Positions 26,379 to 35,932 of a stretch of DNA of 64,000 bases are shown here, in pieces. Origin of the DNA: Vulcanimicrobiota bacterium (lineage in GTDB: Bacteria; Vulcanimicrobiota; Vulcanimicrobiia; Vulcanimicrobiales; Vulcanimicrobiaceae); NCBI GenBank assembly GCA_963695225.1, contig OY968762.1, forward strand, positions 896,001 through 960,000, read 5' to 3'. The notes below the pieces were generated by a model. That model was not told where the DNA came from. It worked only from the letters and a program-made list of their open reading frames with translations, and searched no databases. Numbering within the stretch: the stretch's first letter is position 1; every line of letters starts with the position of its first letter. Position numbers and translations under genes: made by a program.

Positions 26379-26852
26379 CTAGCCGTTCGCCGGGGCGGCG
26401 CCGTCGCACGCGACCGTGTAGCGCACGAAGCCGTCCGCCTCACAGAACGTGTCGTAGAGCCTGCGCGCGGTCGCGTTGTCCGATTGCGTCGCCCAATAGA
26501 CGCGGGCCCAGCCTTCGCGCTTCGCAAGCGCGATCACGTGCTCGATGAGCGCGCGGCCCGCTCCGCGGCCACGCGCCTCCTCCCGCACGTACAAATCCTC
26601 GAGGTAACAGACCGGGGCTTCGCTCCAGGTGTGCGGGTGCAGCACGATGTGTGCGAAGCCGATCGGAACGCCGTCCGCGAACGCGACGAATCCCGCGATC
26701 GGGCTCTGAGGATCGAGAACGCGCCGAAACGTCGCCGCGGTCGCGCGCTCAGGGACGTTCGAGCGATAGAACGCGTTGTAGCCGCGCCACATCTCCCGCC
26801 ACTCGCGCTCGTCGGCGGCTTGCATCGGCCGGACGGCGATCGCGCGCGTCAC
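26379..26852 (-). CDS. GNAT N-acetyltransferase
   Basis: CYLEDLYV...ARGRGAGRALI; GTG start overlaps the upstream TGA. Confidence 0.88.
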   Translation of the reverse strand: MTRAIAVRPMQAADEREWREMWRGYNAFYRSNVPERATAATFRRVLDPQSPIAGFVAFADGVPIGFAHIVLHPHTWSEAPVCYLEDLYVREEARGRGAGRALIEHVIALAKREGWARVYWATQSDNATARRLYDTFCEADGFVRYTVACDGAAPANG

Positions 26853-27502
26853 GGGCGCTGATACGGCTGCAGGTACGCCGGAAGGGCGACGCCCGGGAGG
26901 TTTCGCTCGTCGGGGACCGGCTCGGCGGCGCGCAAGGCGAGCGGCACGACGCCGCACCAGACCGGGAGCGCGTAATCGTCCTCGTCGTCGACGGGCGGCC
27001 CGCTGCGGACCTTTGCCGAGGACTCCGCGAGCGGCAGCGAGACGAGCAGCGTCGCGTCGAGTTCGGCCGCCGTCGGCGGGCGCACTTCGGCCCCGCGCCC
27101 GGGGGCGACGTGTTCGACGAAGCGCGCGAACGCGCGCACCTTTTCCTCACGATCGAGGACGGGCGTCGCGCGCCCGAACACGACGACCGAGCGGTAGTTC
27201 ATGGAGTGATGGAACCCCGAACGCGCGAGCACGAGGCCGTCGAGCAGCGTGACCGCCACGCAGCACTCGGCGCCGGCCGCGAGCGCGCCGAGCATGCGGC
27301 TCGCCGCGCCGCCGTGCACGTAGAGCAGGTCGCCGTCGCGCGCGTAGGTCGCGGGGATGACGACCGGGCCCTCGGGAGTCGCGAAACCGACGTGCGCGAC
27401 GAGCCCTTCGTCGAGGATGCGATAGATCGCGGCGAGGTCGTAATCGGCCCGGCCGGGGCGGCGGCGAACCGTCGCGCGCGGCGACGGGGGAGAGTTGCGC
27501 AT
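26849..27502 (-). CDS. Pyridoxamine 5'-phosphate oxidase-like (NimA-type) flavin-binding protein
   Basis: LYVHG, LDGLVLARSGFHHSMNYRSVV, AKVRSGPP; TGATG coupling to the upstream gene. Confidence 0.88.
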   Translation of the reverse strand: MRNSPPSPRATVRRRPGRADYDLAAIYRILDEGLVAHVGFATPEGPVVIPATYARDGDLLYVHGGAASRMLGALAAGAECCVAVTLLDGLVLARSGFHHSMNYRSVVVFGRATPVLDREEKVRAFARFVEHVAPGRGAEVRPPTAAELDATLLVSLPLAESSAKVRSGPPVDDEDDYALPVWCGVVPLALRAAEPVPDERNLPGVALPAYLQPYQRP

Positions 27503-28626
27503 CACGTCAGGATGTCGGCGAGGCGGCCCGCGTCGCGGGCCATGACGACTTCCATCGCGATGCGCTCGCCGACGGAGACGTCGCGGCCCCAGCGGTAGCC
27601 GGTGTACGGCGTGAAGCGCGTCCCGGGCGAACCCGGAATGCGTAGCGAGACGTCGTAGACGACGAACTCTTTCGGAGGACCGGCCGTGATGATGCACTGC
27701 AGCGCGAACGGGCCGATCACGCCGGGAGGGCTCGCCTCCCGCGCGGAGTGCACGAAACGCTCCCCGAGGTCGAATGCCTTCTCCAGCATCGATTCGGTCA
27801 TCGTCGCCGCGATGTGCCCGGCTTCTTCCATGCGTACGGGGATGTCGCCGGCGAACGCGAGCTGGCTCGGCGGGAGCATCCGCAACCCGTCGAGGTTCGT
27901 TTGGCGGCGCGTGTCGGTCCCCATGAGTTCGAGTTCGCCGAGGAGCGGCGAATAGAAGAAATTCAAGTTCAGGCTCGGGCCGAGCGCGAATTCCTCGATT
28001 CGCGCCGCGGCGAGCCCCTCGGGCGTGACCATCCCCGCGGCGAGCAGACGTTCGGCGTGCACCTCGTAATCGCTCGGGGAGGTGCACAGGAAGAACGCCC
28101 GCTCGAACGAGACCTTCGCGTGCGCGGCCTTGACCATCACGAGCCGGTCGATATCGGCAGGTTTCGCGAAGACCCGCGGATGGCGAATCCCGGCGCGTGC
28201 GAGCAGCGCGTACTGGTTATCCTCTTCGTCGCGCTCCTCGGCGCGCAGCAGCCTGCGATTTCCGAAGAAGGGGACGAGCATACGGCGCTCGATTTCGTCG
28301 TAGCTGAACTTCTCGTGCAGGTAGACTTCGAACGAGCGGTTCGGGACGAACAGGACGTTCGCCGCCAGCAGCATCTGCTGCACCGAGGGTTCCAGGATCT
28401 CCGCGAACGAGCCGAGCTCGATCGTGCGCTCGACGCAGCCGCGCGTGGGGTTCTCGCGCCGCGCAAAGTGGCGCGCGTACGTGCGCTCCCGGCCGCGCGC
28501 CGTGACGATGAGGTTGCGCAACCCTTGCAAGCGCGCGCCGTAGGCCACTTCGAGGGCCGAGTGCGATCCGACGGAGCAGAGGGTCAGCGCGTTGCGATCG
28601 TAGCGGGCCAGCGTCCGTTCGGGCAT
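27502..28626 (-). CDS. PurP-like ATP-grasp protein, second paralogue class (DUF1246/DUF1297)
   Basis: GSHSALEV, VPNRSF, FGNR.LLR.EER, ERAFF, NFFYSP, QTNLDG, DVSLRIPGSPG. Confidence 0.85.
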   Translation of the reverse strand: MPERTLARYDRNALTLCSVGSHSALEVAYGARLQGLRNLIVTARGRERTYARHFARRENPTRGCVERTIELGSFAEILEPSVQQMLLAANVLFVPNRSFEVYLHEKFSYDEIERRMLVPFFGNRRLLRAEERDEEDNQYALLARAGIRHPRVFAKPADIDRLVMVKAAHAKVSFERAFFLCTSPSDYEVHAERLLAAGMVTPEGLAAARIEEFALGPSLNLNFFYSPLLGELELMGTDTRRQTNLDGLRMLPPSQLAFAGDIPVRMEEAGHIAATMTESMLEKAFDLGERFVHSAREASPPGVIGPFALQCIITAGPPKEFVVYDVSLRIPGSPGTRFTPYTGYRWGRDVSVGERIAMEVVMARDAGRLADILT

Positions 28627-28632
28627 CTCTTG

Positions 28633-29703
28633 TCAGATCGCCTCGTAGGAATCGTCGAGGATCGCATCGAGCGAGTTCGAGAGCAGCGCGTTCTTGATCT
28701 CGCGCGCGATCCGCCGCCCGGTCGACATCGGCTCGCTGTAATTCAAGTACGAGTACGGCGAACCGTCGATGAACAGGTTCGTCCCGGCGACGATGCGCGC
28801 GGAGACCTCCATGATGTAGAACTGCGCGTCGGGCGTGATGATCGTCTCGATGCAGAACGCTCCGAAGAGCCCCTTCGGCGGGCAGATCTCTTGGCTGACG
28901 CGCACGAGATCCTCGCCCATCCGGTAGGCCTCGGCCAGCATCGATTCGCGCAACGAGAGCGGCGAGTTCCCGACGACGACGTAGCTCGGATCGACGTTCA
29001 TCCCTTCTTGCGCAGCCGCCGGAATGCGGCCGAGGGAATCGACGTTCGTCTCGTAGCGCCGGTCCATGCTCATGATCTCGAGCTTCTCGGTCAGCGGCGA
29101 GTAGAAATAGTGGATGTAGAGCGGGACCCCGATCACGTACTCTTGCAGGATGTAGTTCTGACGGGCGAGCAGCCCCGCGCGCTCTTCGAAATCGTTCGCG
29201 TCGCGCAGGAACATGTAGCCCTTGCCGCCTTGCGCGCCGTAGAGCTTCACGATGACCGGCCGGTCGATCTCCGCGCCCGTCTTGAATTGGCGCGGGAGCT
29301 TGAGCCCGGCGCGAGAGAGCCACTGGCGTTGCAGTTCGCGGCTCGCTTCCCAATCCAAGATCGCCTTGTTCCCGAAGTACGGGATCGTCATCTTCTTGTG
29401 CTCTTCCAGCGAAAGATAGGCCACGAAAGAGCCGTGCGGGACGATGATCGTCTTCTGCTGATGCAGTTGCGGCACGATCTTCATGAAATCTTCGTAGCGC
29501 TCGATCGCGATCACGCTGTCGACGAACGCGAAGGATCGGTAGAGGCGCTCCGTCTCGCGGTTCGCGATCGCGAGCGTTCGAAAACCCTCGTCGTGCGCGC
29601 CTTTGAGGATCTGCAACGCCGAGTGCGAGCCGAGCGTCGCGATCGTGTAGAACTCGGCACCGCTGCGGCCCTTATCTGATTTCATGAAATCGGGTGCAAG
29701 CAT
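28633..29703 (-). CDS. purP: Archaeal-type formate-dependent FAICAR synthetase family protein
   Basis: IATLGSHSALQILKGA..EGF, VPHGSFVAY, GGKGY, HYFYSP, DRRYETNVD, LRES, SARIVAGTN, MSTGRRIAREIK. Confidence 0.9.
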   Translation of the reverse strand: MLAPDFMKSDKGRSGAEFYTIATLGSHSALQILKGAHDEGFRTLAIANRETERLYRSFAFVDSVIAIERYEDFMKIVPQLHQQKTIIVPHGSFVAYLSLEEHKKMTIPYFGNKAILDWEASRELQRQWLSRAGLKLPRQFKTGAEIDRPVIVKLYGAQGGKGYMFLRDANDFEERAGLLARQNYILQEYVIGVPLYIHYFYSPLTEKLEIMSMDRRYETNVDSLGRIPAAAQEGMNVDPSYVVVGNSPLSLRESMLAEAYRMGEDLVRVSQEICPPKGLFGAFCIETIITPDAQFYIMEVSARIVAGTNLFIDGSPYSYLNYSEPMSTGRRIAREIKNALLSNSLDAILDDSYEAI

Positions 29704-30156
29704 CTATCGTATCGCTTTCTGAAATGCGGGATTGCAGAGCAGCCGTTCGACCGCCGTGGCCAGCACGTTCTCCGCAACGTCCCGTCCGTCTTTGCGCAGC
29801 CTCCACGCGGTCCGCCGGTGCAGCGCGCGCACGCCGGCGAGATCCCGCCCCGCGATGCGAAAGGCGCTCGAGGGAGCCGTTTGCGGCGCGTCTTCGCGGT
29901 CCGCGATCCAGACTTCCCCCGCTTCCGGGTGCGCCGCGCGGACGCGCAGGACGTGTTTGTTAGGATTGAAGATCGTCTCGATCTGCCGTACGCTCGCATC
30001 CAGCTCGCCGGCGCGCTCCTCCGCGACCTCGAAGACATAGATGTCGGCACGGCGGACCTCGTCGCACGGCACGCCGAGGCGCTGCAGCGTGACGAGCGCG
30101 GTGAACGCCGTGTTGTCCGGGATCGTCAGTTCGATCGCATACGTCCGTTCCGTCAT
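29704..30156 (-). CDS. Tandem (single-chain dimer) PurS-like FGAM synthase subunit
   Basis: 150 aa made of two ~75-aa halves ending IFNPNKH and LLCNPAFQ (PurS LLaNP motif); ATGA-coupled to purQ. Confidence 0.65.
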   Translation of the reverse strand: MTERTYAIELTIPDNTAFTALVTLQRLGVPCDEVRRADIYVFEVAEERAGELDASVRQIETIFNPNKHVLRVRAAHPEAGEVWIADREDAPQTAPSSAFRIAGRDLAGVRALHRRTAWRLRKDGRDVAENVLATAVERLLCNPAFQKAIR

Positions 30157-30956
30157 GCTCGAGCGGCCTTTCCTGCGAGCGCGGCCGCCAGGGCATCGAA
30201 GAACGCGCTGCCCCCCGCCGGGGCGAGCGCGGCCGCCGGGTCCCGCCGTATCCGCTCGAAGGCCGCGCCGTCCTGCTGCTGGTAGCCCCATTCGATGCGC
30301 TCGGGGTGCGGCATGAGCGCGAGGACGTTTCCCGCCGCATTGACGAGCCCCGCACAGCCGAGCGCGGAACCGTTCGGCACGGCCTCGTCCGTCACGCGCC
30401 CGGCGGCATCGCAATAGACGAACGCGAGCAAGCCCTCGCGCTCGATCCGCGCGAGGTCCGCGGCGCTCGCCGCGAGCCGTCCCTCGCCGTGCGAGGCCCA
30501 GGCCGGGATCACGGCCCCGGCCCCGAGCGCCGCCGTCAGGGGCGAGCGCGCGGGGTCGATTGCGAGCTTCACGTGGACGAGGACGCTGCGGAAGCGCCCG
30601 CTCCGGTTCGGCGCGAACGCGGCCGTCGGCAGGCGGACGGGCCCCGTCCCGGGGACGAGCCCGCTCTCGAGCAGGATCTGCGCGCCGTTGCAGATGCCGA
30701 TCACGAACTTCCCGGCGGCGGCCGCTTCGATGACGGCATCCGTCATCTCGTCGTGCGCGGCGACCGCGCCGCCGCGGATGCGGTCCTCGTACGCGAAGCC
30801 GCCCGGCAAGATGAAGGCGTCGAAAGCGGCGAGGCCGCGCTTTCCGCGGCTCCAATGCCATAGCTCCCCGTCGAGCCCCGCGGCGCGGACCGCGCGGACC
30901 GTCTCGGCCTCGCTGTTCGTCCCGGGATAGACCAGGACCGCGACCCGCGCGCTCAT
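30153..30956 (-). CDS. purQ: FGAM synthase glutaminase subunit
   Basis: YPGTN, PGGFAYED, GICNGAQ, HGEG, PNGS, MPHPER. Confidence 0.95.
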   Translation of the reverse strand: MSARVAVLVYPGTNSEAETVRAVRAAGLDGELWHWSRGKRGLAAFDAFILPGGFAYEDRIRGGAVAAHDEMTDAVIEAAAAGKFVIGICNGAQILLESGLVPGTGPVRLPTAAFAPNRSGRFRSVLVHVKLAIDPARSPLTAALGAGAVIPAWASHGEGRLAASAADLARIEREGLLAFVYCDAAGRVTDEAVPNGSALGCAGLVNAAGNVLALMPHPERIEWGYQQQDGAAFERIRRDPAAALAPAGGSAFFDALAAALAGKAARA

Positions 30957-33313
30957 CGGCCGGCATCCTCGTAGAAGCCGCGCAACGGCGCGCTCCAGAT
31001 CTCGTGCAGCGCGCGCAGATCGAGGCGGTGCGGCACGCCCGACGGCGCGAACGGGATGAAAAGGGGCTCCGCGAGCGTCTCCCCGACCGTGTGCGCCGTC
31101 ACGCCGAAGGCTTCCATCCCGGCAAGGAACGCGGGCTCGTCGGCGACTTCGCAGACGAAACCGCCGCTTTCCCCGAACAGCGCGACGCTCCAGTGGACGC
31201 CGGGATCCCAGCTTGCGGCATCGTACGTGCGCACGCCGACCGGCTCGCCGCCGAGCGTCGCGAACGCCATCTCCGCCAGCGTGACGGCAAGGCCGCCGTC
31301 GGCGACGTCGTGCACCGCGAGAACGTGCCGCGCCCCGATCGCCGCGAGCACCGCCTCGATCTCGCGCGGGGCGCGCTCGTAATCGATCGCGGGCAACGGG
31401 TCGCCGGCGCCGATCCCGGTGACGGCGGCGAAGACCGAGCCGCCGAGCGTGCGCTGCGCGTGCCCGACGTAGTACAGCTTCGAGCCCGCAGCGCGCAACC
31501 GCGGCGTCACGCTCGCGGCGACGTCGGCGAGCGTGCCGACGCACGCGACGATCGCCGAAGGCGGGACGCTCCGTCCGCTGCTCGATTGGTTGTAGAGGCT
31601 CACGTTGCCCGATACGAACGGGACGGCGAACGCCGTCGCCGCGCGCGCCAGGCCGTCGACCGCGGCGACGAATTCGCCCATCTGTTCGGGGATTTCTGGG
31701 TTCCCGAAATTCAAGCAGTCCGTCATCCCCGCCGGCCTCGCACCGACGGCGGCGACGTTGCGGATCGCTTCGTAGACCGCGTGCTCGGCGGCGAGCCCCG
31801 CGTCGATCTTCGCGAAGCGCGGGTTGCCGTCGACGGAGAGCGCGACGGCGAGCGGCGCGCCTTCGACCGGGACGAGCAGCCCCGCATCGGCGTACCCCGG
31901 CGGCAGCGCGGTCACGCCGCGCACGACGCCGTCGTAGCGTTCGTAGATCGGGGCGCGCGAGCAAACGTCGAGATGCGCCAGGACGCGCTCGAGCGTTTCC
32001 GGATACGGGAGCGCGTCGAGCCGCGCGCGCAGCGCATCGGATTGCGCGGGCGGCGCGGCGGCGCTCCGCGGCGCGATTTCGTAGGGCCGGTCGTAGCGGA
32101 TTCCGGCCGTCAGGAACTCGAGCGGGACGCGCAGCACCTCCTCGCCGCCGTAACGCAGCACGTAATCCCGCTCCTGCGTCACGGTGCCGATGACGGCCGC
32201 GCGCGCACCGCGCGCGATCTGCGGAAGCGAGAACTCCTCGTTGTAGATCGCGAGCAGCACGGGCGTGAACTCCGGCGGGACGATCCAGGCGAGCCGCTCC
32301 TGCGTCTCGCCGACCGCGATCACCGCGGGCGGGAGATGCGCTTGCGAGGTCGGGCAGCGTTCGAGATCGACGATCGCGCCGAAGCCGCCGCTTCCGACCA
32401 GCTCCGAGGTGCAGCCGGCGATCCCGCCCGCACCGAGATCCTTGTACCCCACGGTCAGCCCGCGCGCCCGGATCTCTTCGAAGACGCGGTAGCTCGCGCG
32501 CATGATCACGTTCTTGAGGAACGGGTCCGGTACTTGGACCGCACCCTTATTCGCTTCCGCATCCTCGTCGTCGAGGACGAGCGAGGAGAACGCGGCGCCG
32601 CCGAAGCCGCTGCGATCCGTGGCCTTTCCGACGAGGACGACGTCCCAACCGGCGGAGCCCGCGGGGGCCGCCGAGTGGATGACGTCGCGCTCTTTCACGA
32701 GCCCGAGCGCGACGACGTTCACGAGGCAATTGTCGCGGAAGCCTTCGTGGAAGTAGACGTCGCCGCCGACGTTCGGCACGCCGATCGCGTTCCCGTAGGC
32801 CGCGATCCCGTCGACCACGCCCTGTGCGACGTACCTGCAATGCGGATCGTCGAGCGGGCCGAAACGCAACGGATCGGCGACGGCGATCACCTCCGCGCCC
32901 ATGCACAACACGTCGCGGACGATCCCGCCGATCCCGGTCGCCGCGCCTTCGAACGGCACGACTTGCGAGGGGTGGTTGTGCGATTCGTGCGCGAAGACGA
33001 TGCCGTAACGCTCGCCGTCCCATTCGCCGAGATGGACGATCCCCGCATCTTCCTGCGGGCCTTGCATCACGGTGGGGCCCGTCGTCGGCAAGCGTTTGAG
33101 GAAATGCCGCGAGCTCTTATAGGAGCAATGCTCGCTCCAGGCCGCATCGAAGACGTGCGCCTCGACGACCGTCGGGTCGCGCCCGAGGCCTTCGGCGATC
33201 TTCCGCAATTCGGCGGTTTTGAGCGCGAGCCCGAAATGCCGCGCCTGCCGGGCTAGCTCCGCATCGTCCGCGCCGGCGACGCGGATGCGTTCGACGATCG
33301 ACTGCTCAGGCAA
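30953..33313 (-). CDS. purL: FGAM synthase II (small PurL)
   Basis: WSEHCSYKSS, ESHNHPS, GAATGIGG, DCLNFGNPE, SGNVSLYN. Confidence 0.97.
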   Translation of the reverse strand: MPEQSIVERIRVAGADDAELARQARHFGLALKTAELRKIAEGLGRDPTVVEAHVFDAAWSEHCSYKSSRHFLKRLPTTGPTVMQGPQEDAGIVHLGEWDGERYGIVFAHESHNHPSQVVPFEGAATGIGGIVRDVLCMGAEVIAVADPLRFGPLDDPHCRYVAQGVVDGIAAYGNAIGVPNVGGDVYFHEGFRDNCLVNVVALGLVKERDVIHSAAPAGSAGWDVVLVGKATDRSGFGGAAFSSLVLDDEDAEANKGAVQVPDPFLKNVIMRASYRVFEEIRARGLTVGYKDLGAGGIAGCTSELVGSGGFGAIVDLERCPTSQAHLPPAVIAVGETQERLAWIVPPEFTPVLLAIYNEEFSLPQIARGARAAVIGTVTQERDYVLRYGGEEVLRVPLEFLTAGIRYDRPYEIAPRSAAAPPAQSDALRARLDALPYPETLERVLAHLDVCSRAPIYERYDGVVRGVTALPPGYADAGLLVPVEGAPLAVALSVDGNPRFAKIDAGLAAEHAVYEAIRNVAAVGARPAGMTDCLNFGNPEIPEQMGEFVAAVDGLARAATAFAVPFVSGNVSLYNQSSSGRSVPPSAIVACVGTLADVAASVTPRLRAAGSKLYYVGHAQRTLGGSVFAAVTGIGAGDPLPAIDYERAPREIEAVLAAIGARHVLAVHDVADGGLAVTLAEMAFATLGGEPVGVRTYDAASWDPGVHWSVALFGESGGFVCEVADEPAFLAGMEAFGVTAHTVGETLAEPLFIPFAPSGVPHRLDLRALHEIWSAPLRGFYEDAGR

Positions 33314-34508
33314 GGGTGCCGCCCGGGGCGGGCGGGGCCGCGCTGACGTGCGCGTCGGCCGCGGCGACGGCGGAACGCTCGTTCGCCTGCATCAAGAGGA
33401 CGCGCCCGAACATGATCGTATCGTCGAACCCGAATTCCTTCGCGCACGCGAGCGCCGTGATCTCGGGCGGTTTCTCCGTGCCGTCGATGACGGGCGTGCT
33501 CGTCGCGTGATCGATGAACGCGTGCAGCGCTCCGCCCGCCGCACCGACCGTCACGTAGACGAGGCGCGCGAACGTCGCGTCCAGTTGCTGCACGATCGTC
33601 GAAGCGTGGTTGGGGAGCAGAATCGGGGAGACGATCCGGCGCAGCGTCGGAATCCCGTAGCGTCCGAGCGCCTGCGCGATGCCGTCCGCCGCCTTGAGCC
33701 GTTCGTTCCCTTCGACGAGCAGCGCGACGGTTGCCGGACGCGATGCCGGGAAGCTCGAGACTTGCTCCGCGACGCGTTCGTACGCCGCCTTGACGCGCTC
33801 GAGATCGGCGGGCGTCACCTCGGCGAGGTTGCGGTAGATCTGCTTGTCGAGCATCAGCTCTTCGCGGCCCTGCGGCCAGATGCGCCATGAATCGTTGTCG
33901 ATCACGTCGGCGATGACGAGATTCCCCCGCCCCTCGCCGCTCGCAATCCGCCCGAACTCGATCTTGAGATCGACGAGCAGCGTCTCGCGCCGCCGCCACG
34001 CGTGCGCGAGGATCTCGAAGACGATGCGCGCGATCTCGCTCATCGCCCCGATCTCCGCCGGAGAGGCGATCTGCCGCTGCACGATCTCCTCGGGCTCGAT
34101 CAGCGGATCGTGATTCGCGTCGTCCTTCAGGAAGAACTCGACCATCCGCGGGACGATGATCGAGCCGCGCGCGATGCCGGGCTTGCGCCGCACGAGCGAG
34201 CCGGCGGCGACGCCGCGGACGACGACCTCGAGCGGGATCATCGTGCAGCGGCGCACGAGCGTCTCGTTCTCGTCGTCGTCTTCGCCCCCGCTGAGGTAAT
34301 GCGTCGGGAGCCCGCACAGGTTCAGCAGGCGGAAGACGCGCGCCGCCGTCTTCGCGGCGATCCTGCCCTTATCGGGGATCACGTTGCGGCGCGCCCCGTC
34401 GCCGGCGGTGATGCCGTCGGTCTGTTGCACGACGAGCACGTCGGGCTGCCCCGCGTGTTCGAACAGGATCTTCGTCTTGCCGCGCGCGACTTCGTGGCCT
34501 TTGTTCAC
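33306..34508 (-). CDS. purC: PAICS-like fusion of SAICAR synthetase and a degenerate PurE-like domain
   Basis: GKTK, ITAGDG, FFLKDDANHDP, DLKIEFG, ADVIDNDSWRIWP, DKQIYR; ~140-aa C-terminal PurE-fold segment lacking catalytic motifs. Confidence 0.9.
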   Translation of the reverse strand: MNKGHEVARGKTKILFEHAGQPDVLVVQQTDGITAGDGARRNVIPDKGRIAAKTAARVFRLLNLCGLPTHYLSGGEDDDENETLVRRCTMIPLEVVVRGVAAGSLVRRKPGIARGSIIVPRMVEFFLKDDANHDPLIEPEEIVQRQIASPAEIGAMSEIARIVFEILAHAWRRRETLLVDLKIEFGRIASGEGRGNLVIADVIDNDSWRIWPQGREELMLDKQIYRNLAEVTPADLERVKAAYERVAEQVSSFPASRPATVALLVEGNERLKAADGIAQALGRYGIPTLRRIVSPILLPNHASTIVQQLDATFARLVYVTVGAAGGALHAFIDHATSTPVIDGTEKPPEITALACAKEFGFDDTIMFGRVLLMQANERSAVAAADAHVSAAPPAPGGTLA

Positions 34509-35932
34509 TCGGGGACTCCTGCGATCTGCTGCGGTTGGGGGAACGGGTGCAGCTCCGCGATCCGCGCGACGATCGAGAGCGCGCGCAGCGGTGCGTCCCC
34601 GACGTACTGCGACGGATCGAGCAAGAGCCTGATCTCCGCCGGATCGACGAACTGCGTGAGCCGGGTGTCGTCGGCGAGGATCGTCGCGAGCGGGTTGTCG
34701 CCGCCGCGGGCGAGCACGTCGTGCGCGTGCATCGCGGCGTCGCGAATCGTCTCGTGCAACTCCTGGCGATCCCCGCCGGCCTTCACCGCCTCCATCATCA
34801 CGGTCTCGCTGCCCGCAAAGGGGCCGTACATGCGCAGGTTCTGCGCGATGCGGCGCTCGTCGAGGCGCAAGCCTTCGACGACCTTTCGCGCGAGCGTGAC
34901 GAGCTCGTCGGCGCAGAGGATCGCCTCGGGGAGGATCGTGCGGCGATTCGCGCTATCGTCGAGCGTCCGTTCGAGGAAGTTCGTCGCGGCGTTCTGCCAT
35001 GCGGCGTCGGCGTAGCCGGGGAGCAGCCGCGCGAGCGAACCAATCCGCTCGCTCATGATCGGATTCCGTTTGAACGGCATCGCGGAACTGCCGACTTGCT
35101 TCTTCCCAAACGGTTCGAACATCTCGCCGAAACCGGGCGCCGAGAGGACGCGCACGTCGGCTGCGAACTTCGAGAGCGAGGCTCCGAGCCCGGCGAGCGC
35201 GGAGAGCAACAGATAATCGAGCTTGCGCGGGTAGGTCTGCGTGCTGACGTCGCGCGCGCTCAGTCCGAACGCGTCCAGCACTTCTTCTTCCTGCACCTGC
35301 GGCGTGCGGCCGGTGCCGTGCAGCAAGTGCGCGTACGAAGCCGAGGTGCCGACGGCGCCGCGAATCCCCTTCGTCGTGAGCGCGGCGTAAGCGGCACGCA
35401 GTTGCGCCTCGTCGATCAGCAGATCCTGCGCGTAGACCGCGAGGCGATAGCCGACCGTCGTCGGTTCGGCGGGCTGCAGGTGCGTGTGCGCCATGCAGAC
35501 GCGGTCCGCGTTCTCGCCGATGCGCGAGGCGAACGCCCGGAGCAGCGCGTGCAGGTTCTCGCCTACGGCGGCGAGCCCGCGGCGCAAGCGATACGTCTCG
35601 ACCGTATCCTCGATGTCCATCGAGGTCGCGCCGAGGTGCAGCTTGCCGCCGCCGACCTTCGCCTGGGATGCGAAAACCCGAATCTCCGCCATGAGATCGT
35701 GCCCGATCTCGCGCTCGATCGCCAGCGCCGCGTCGATGTCGACGTCGTCGACGTGCGCGCGCAGATCGTCCAGCTCGGCCCGCGTGACGAGCCCGCTACG
35801 AAACTGGGAGGCTGCCAGCGCCACCCAAACTCGGCGCCAAAGACGGCGACGCTCGTGCTCGGAGAACAGCCGGCGCAACTCTTCGCGCCCATATCTCCAC
35901 GAGAACGGCGAGGCATAGGATTGGTGAGACAT
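34505..35932 (-). CDS. purB: Adenylosuccinate lyase
   Basis: YASPFSWRY, HDLMA, HLGATS, THLQPA, GSSAMPFKRNP. Confidence 0.96.
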   Translation of the reverse strand: MSHQSYASPFSWRYGREELRRLFSEHERRRLWRRVWVALAASQFRSGLVTRAELDDLRAHVDDVDIDAALAIEREIGHDLMAEIRVFASQAKVGGGKLHLGATSMDIEDTVETYRLRRGLAAVGENLHALLRAFASRIGENADRVCMAHTHLQPAEPTTVGYRLAVYAQDLLIDEAQLRAAYAALTTKGIRGAVGTSASYAHLLHGTGRTPQVQEEEVLDAFGLSARDVSTQTYPRKLDYLLLSALAGLGASLSKFAADVRVLSAPGFGEMFEPFGKKQVGSSAMPFKRNPIMSERIGSLARLLPGYADAAWQNAATNFLERTLDDSANRRTILPEAILCADELVTLARKVVEGLRLDERRIAQNLRMYGPFAGSETVMMEAVKAGGDRQELHETIRDAAMHAHDVLARGGDNPLATILADDTRLTQFVDPAEIRLLLDPSQYVGDAPLRALSIVARIAELHPFPQPQQIAGVPE

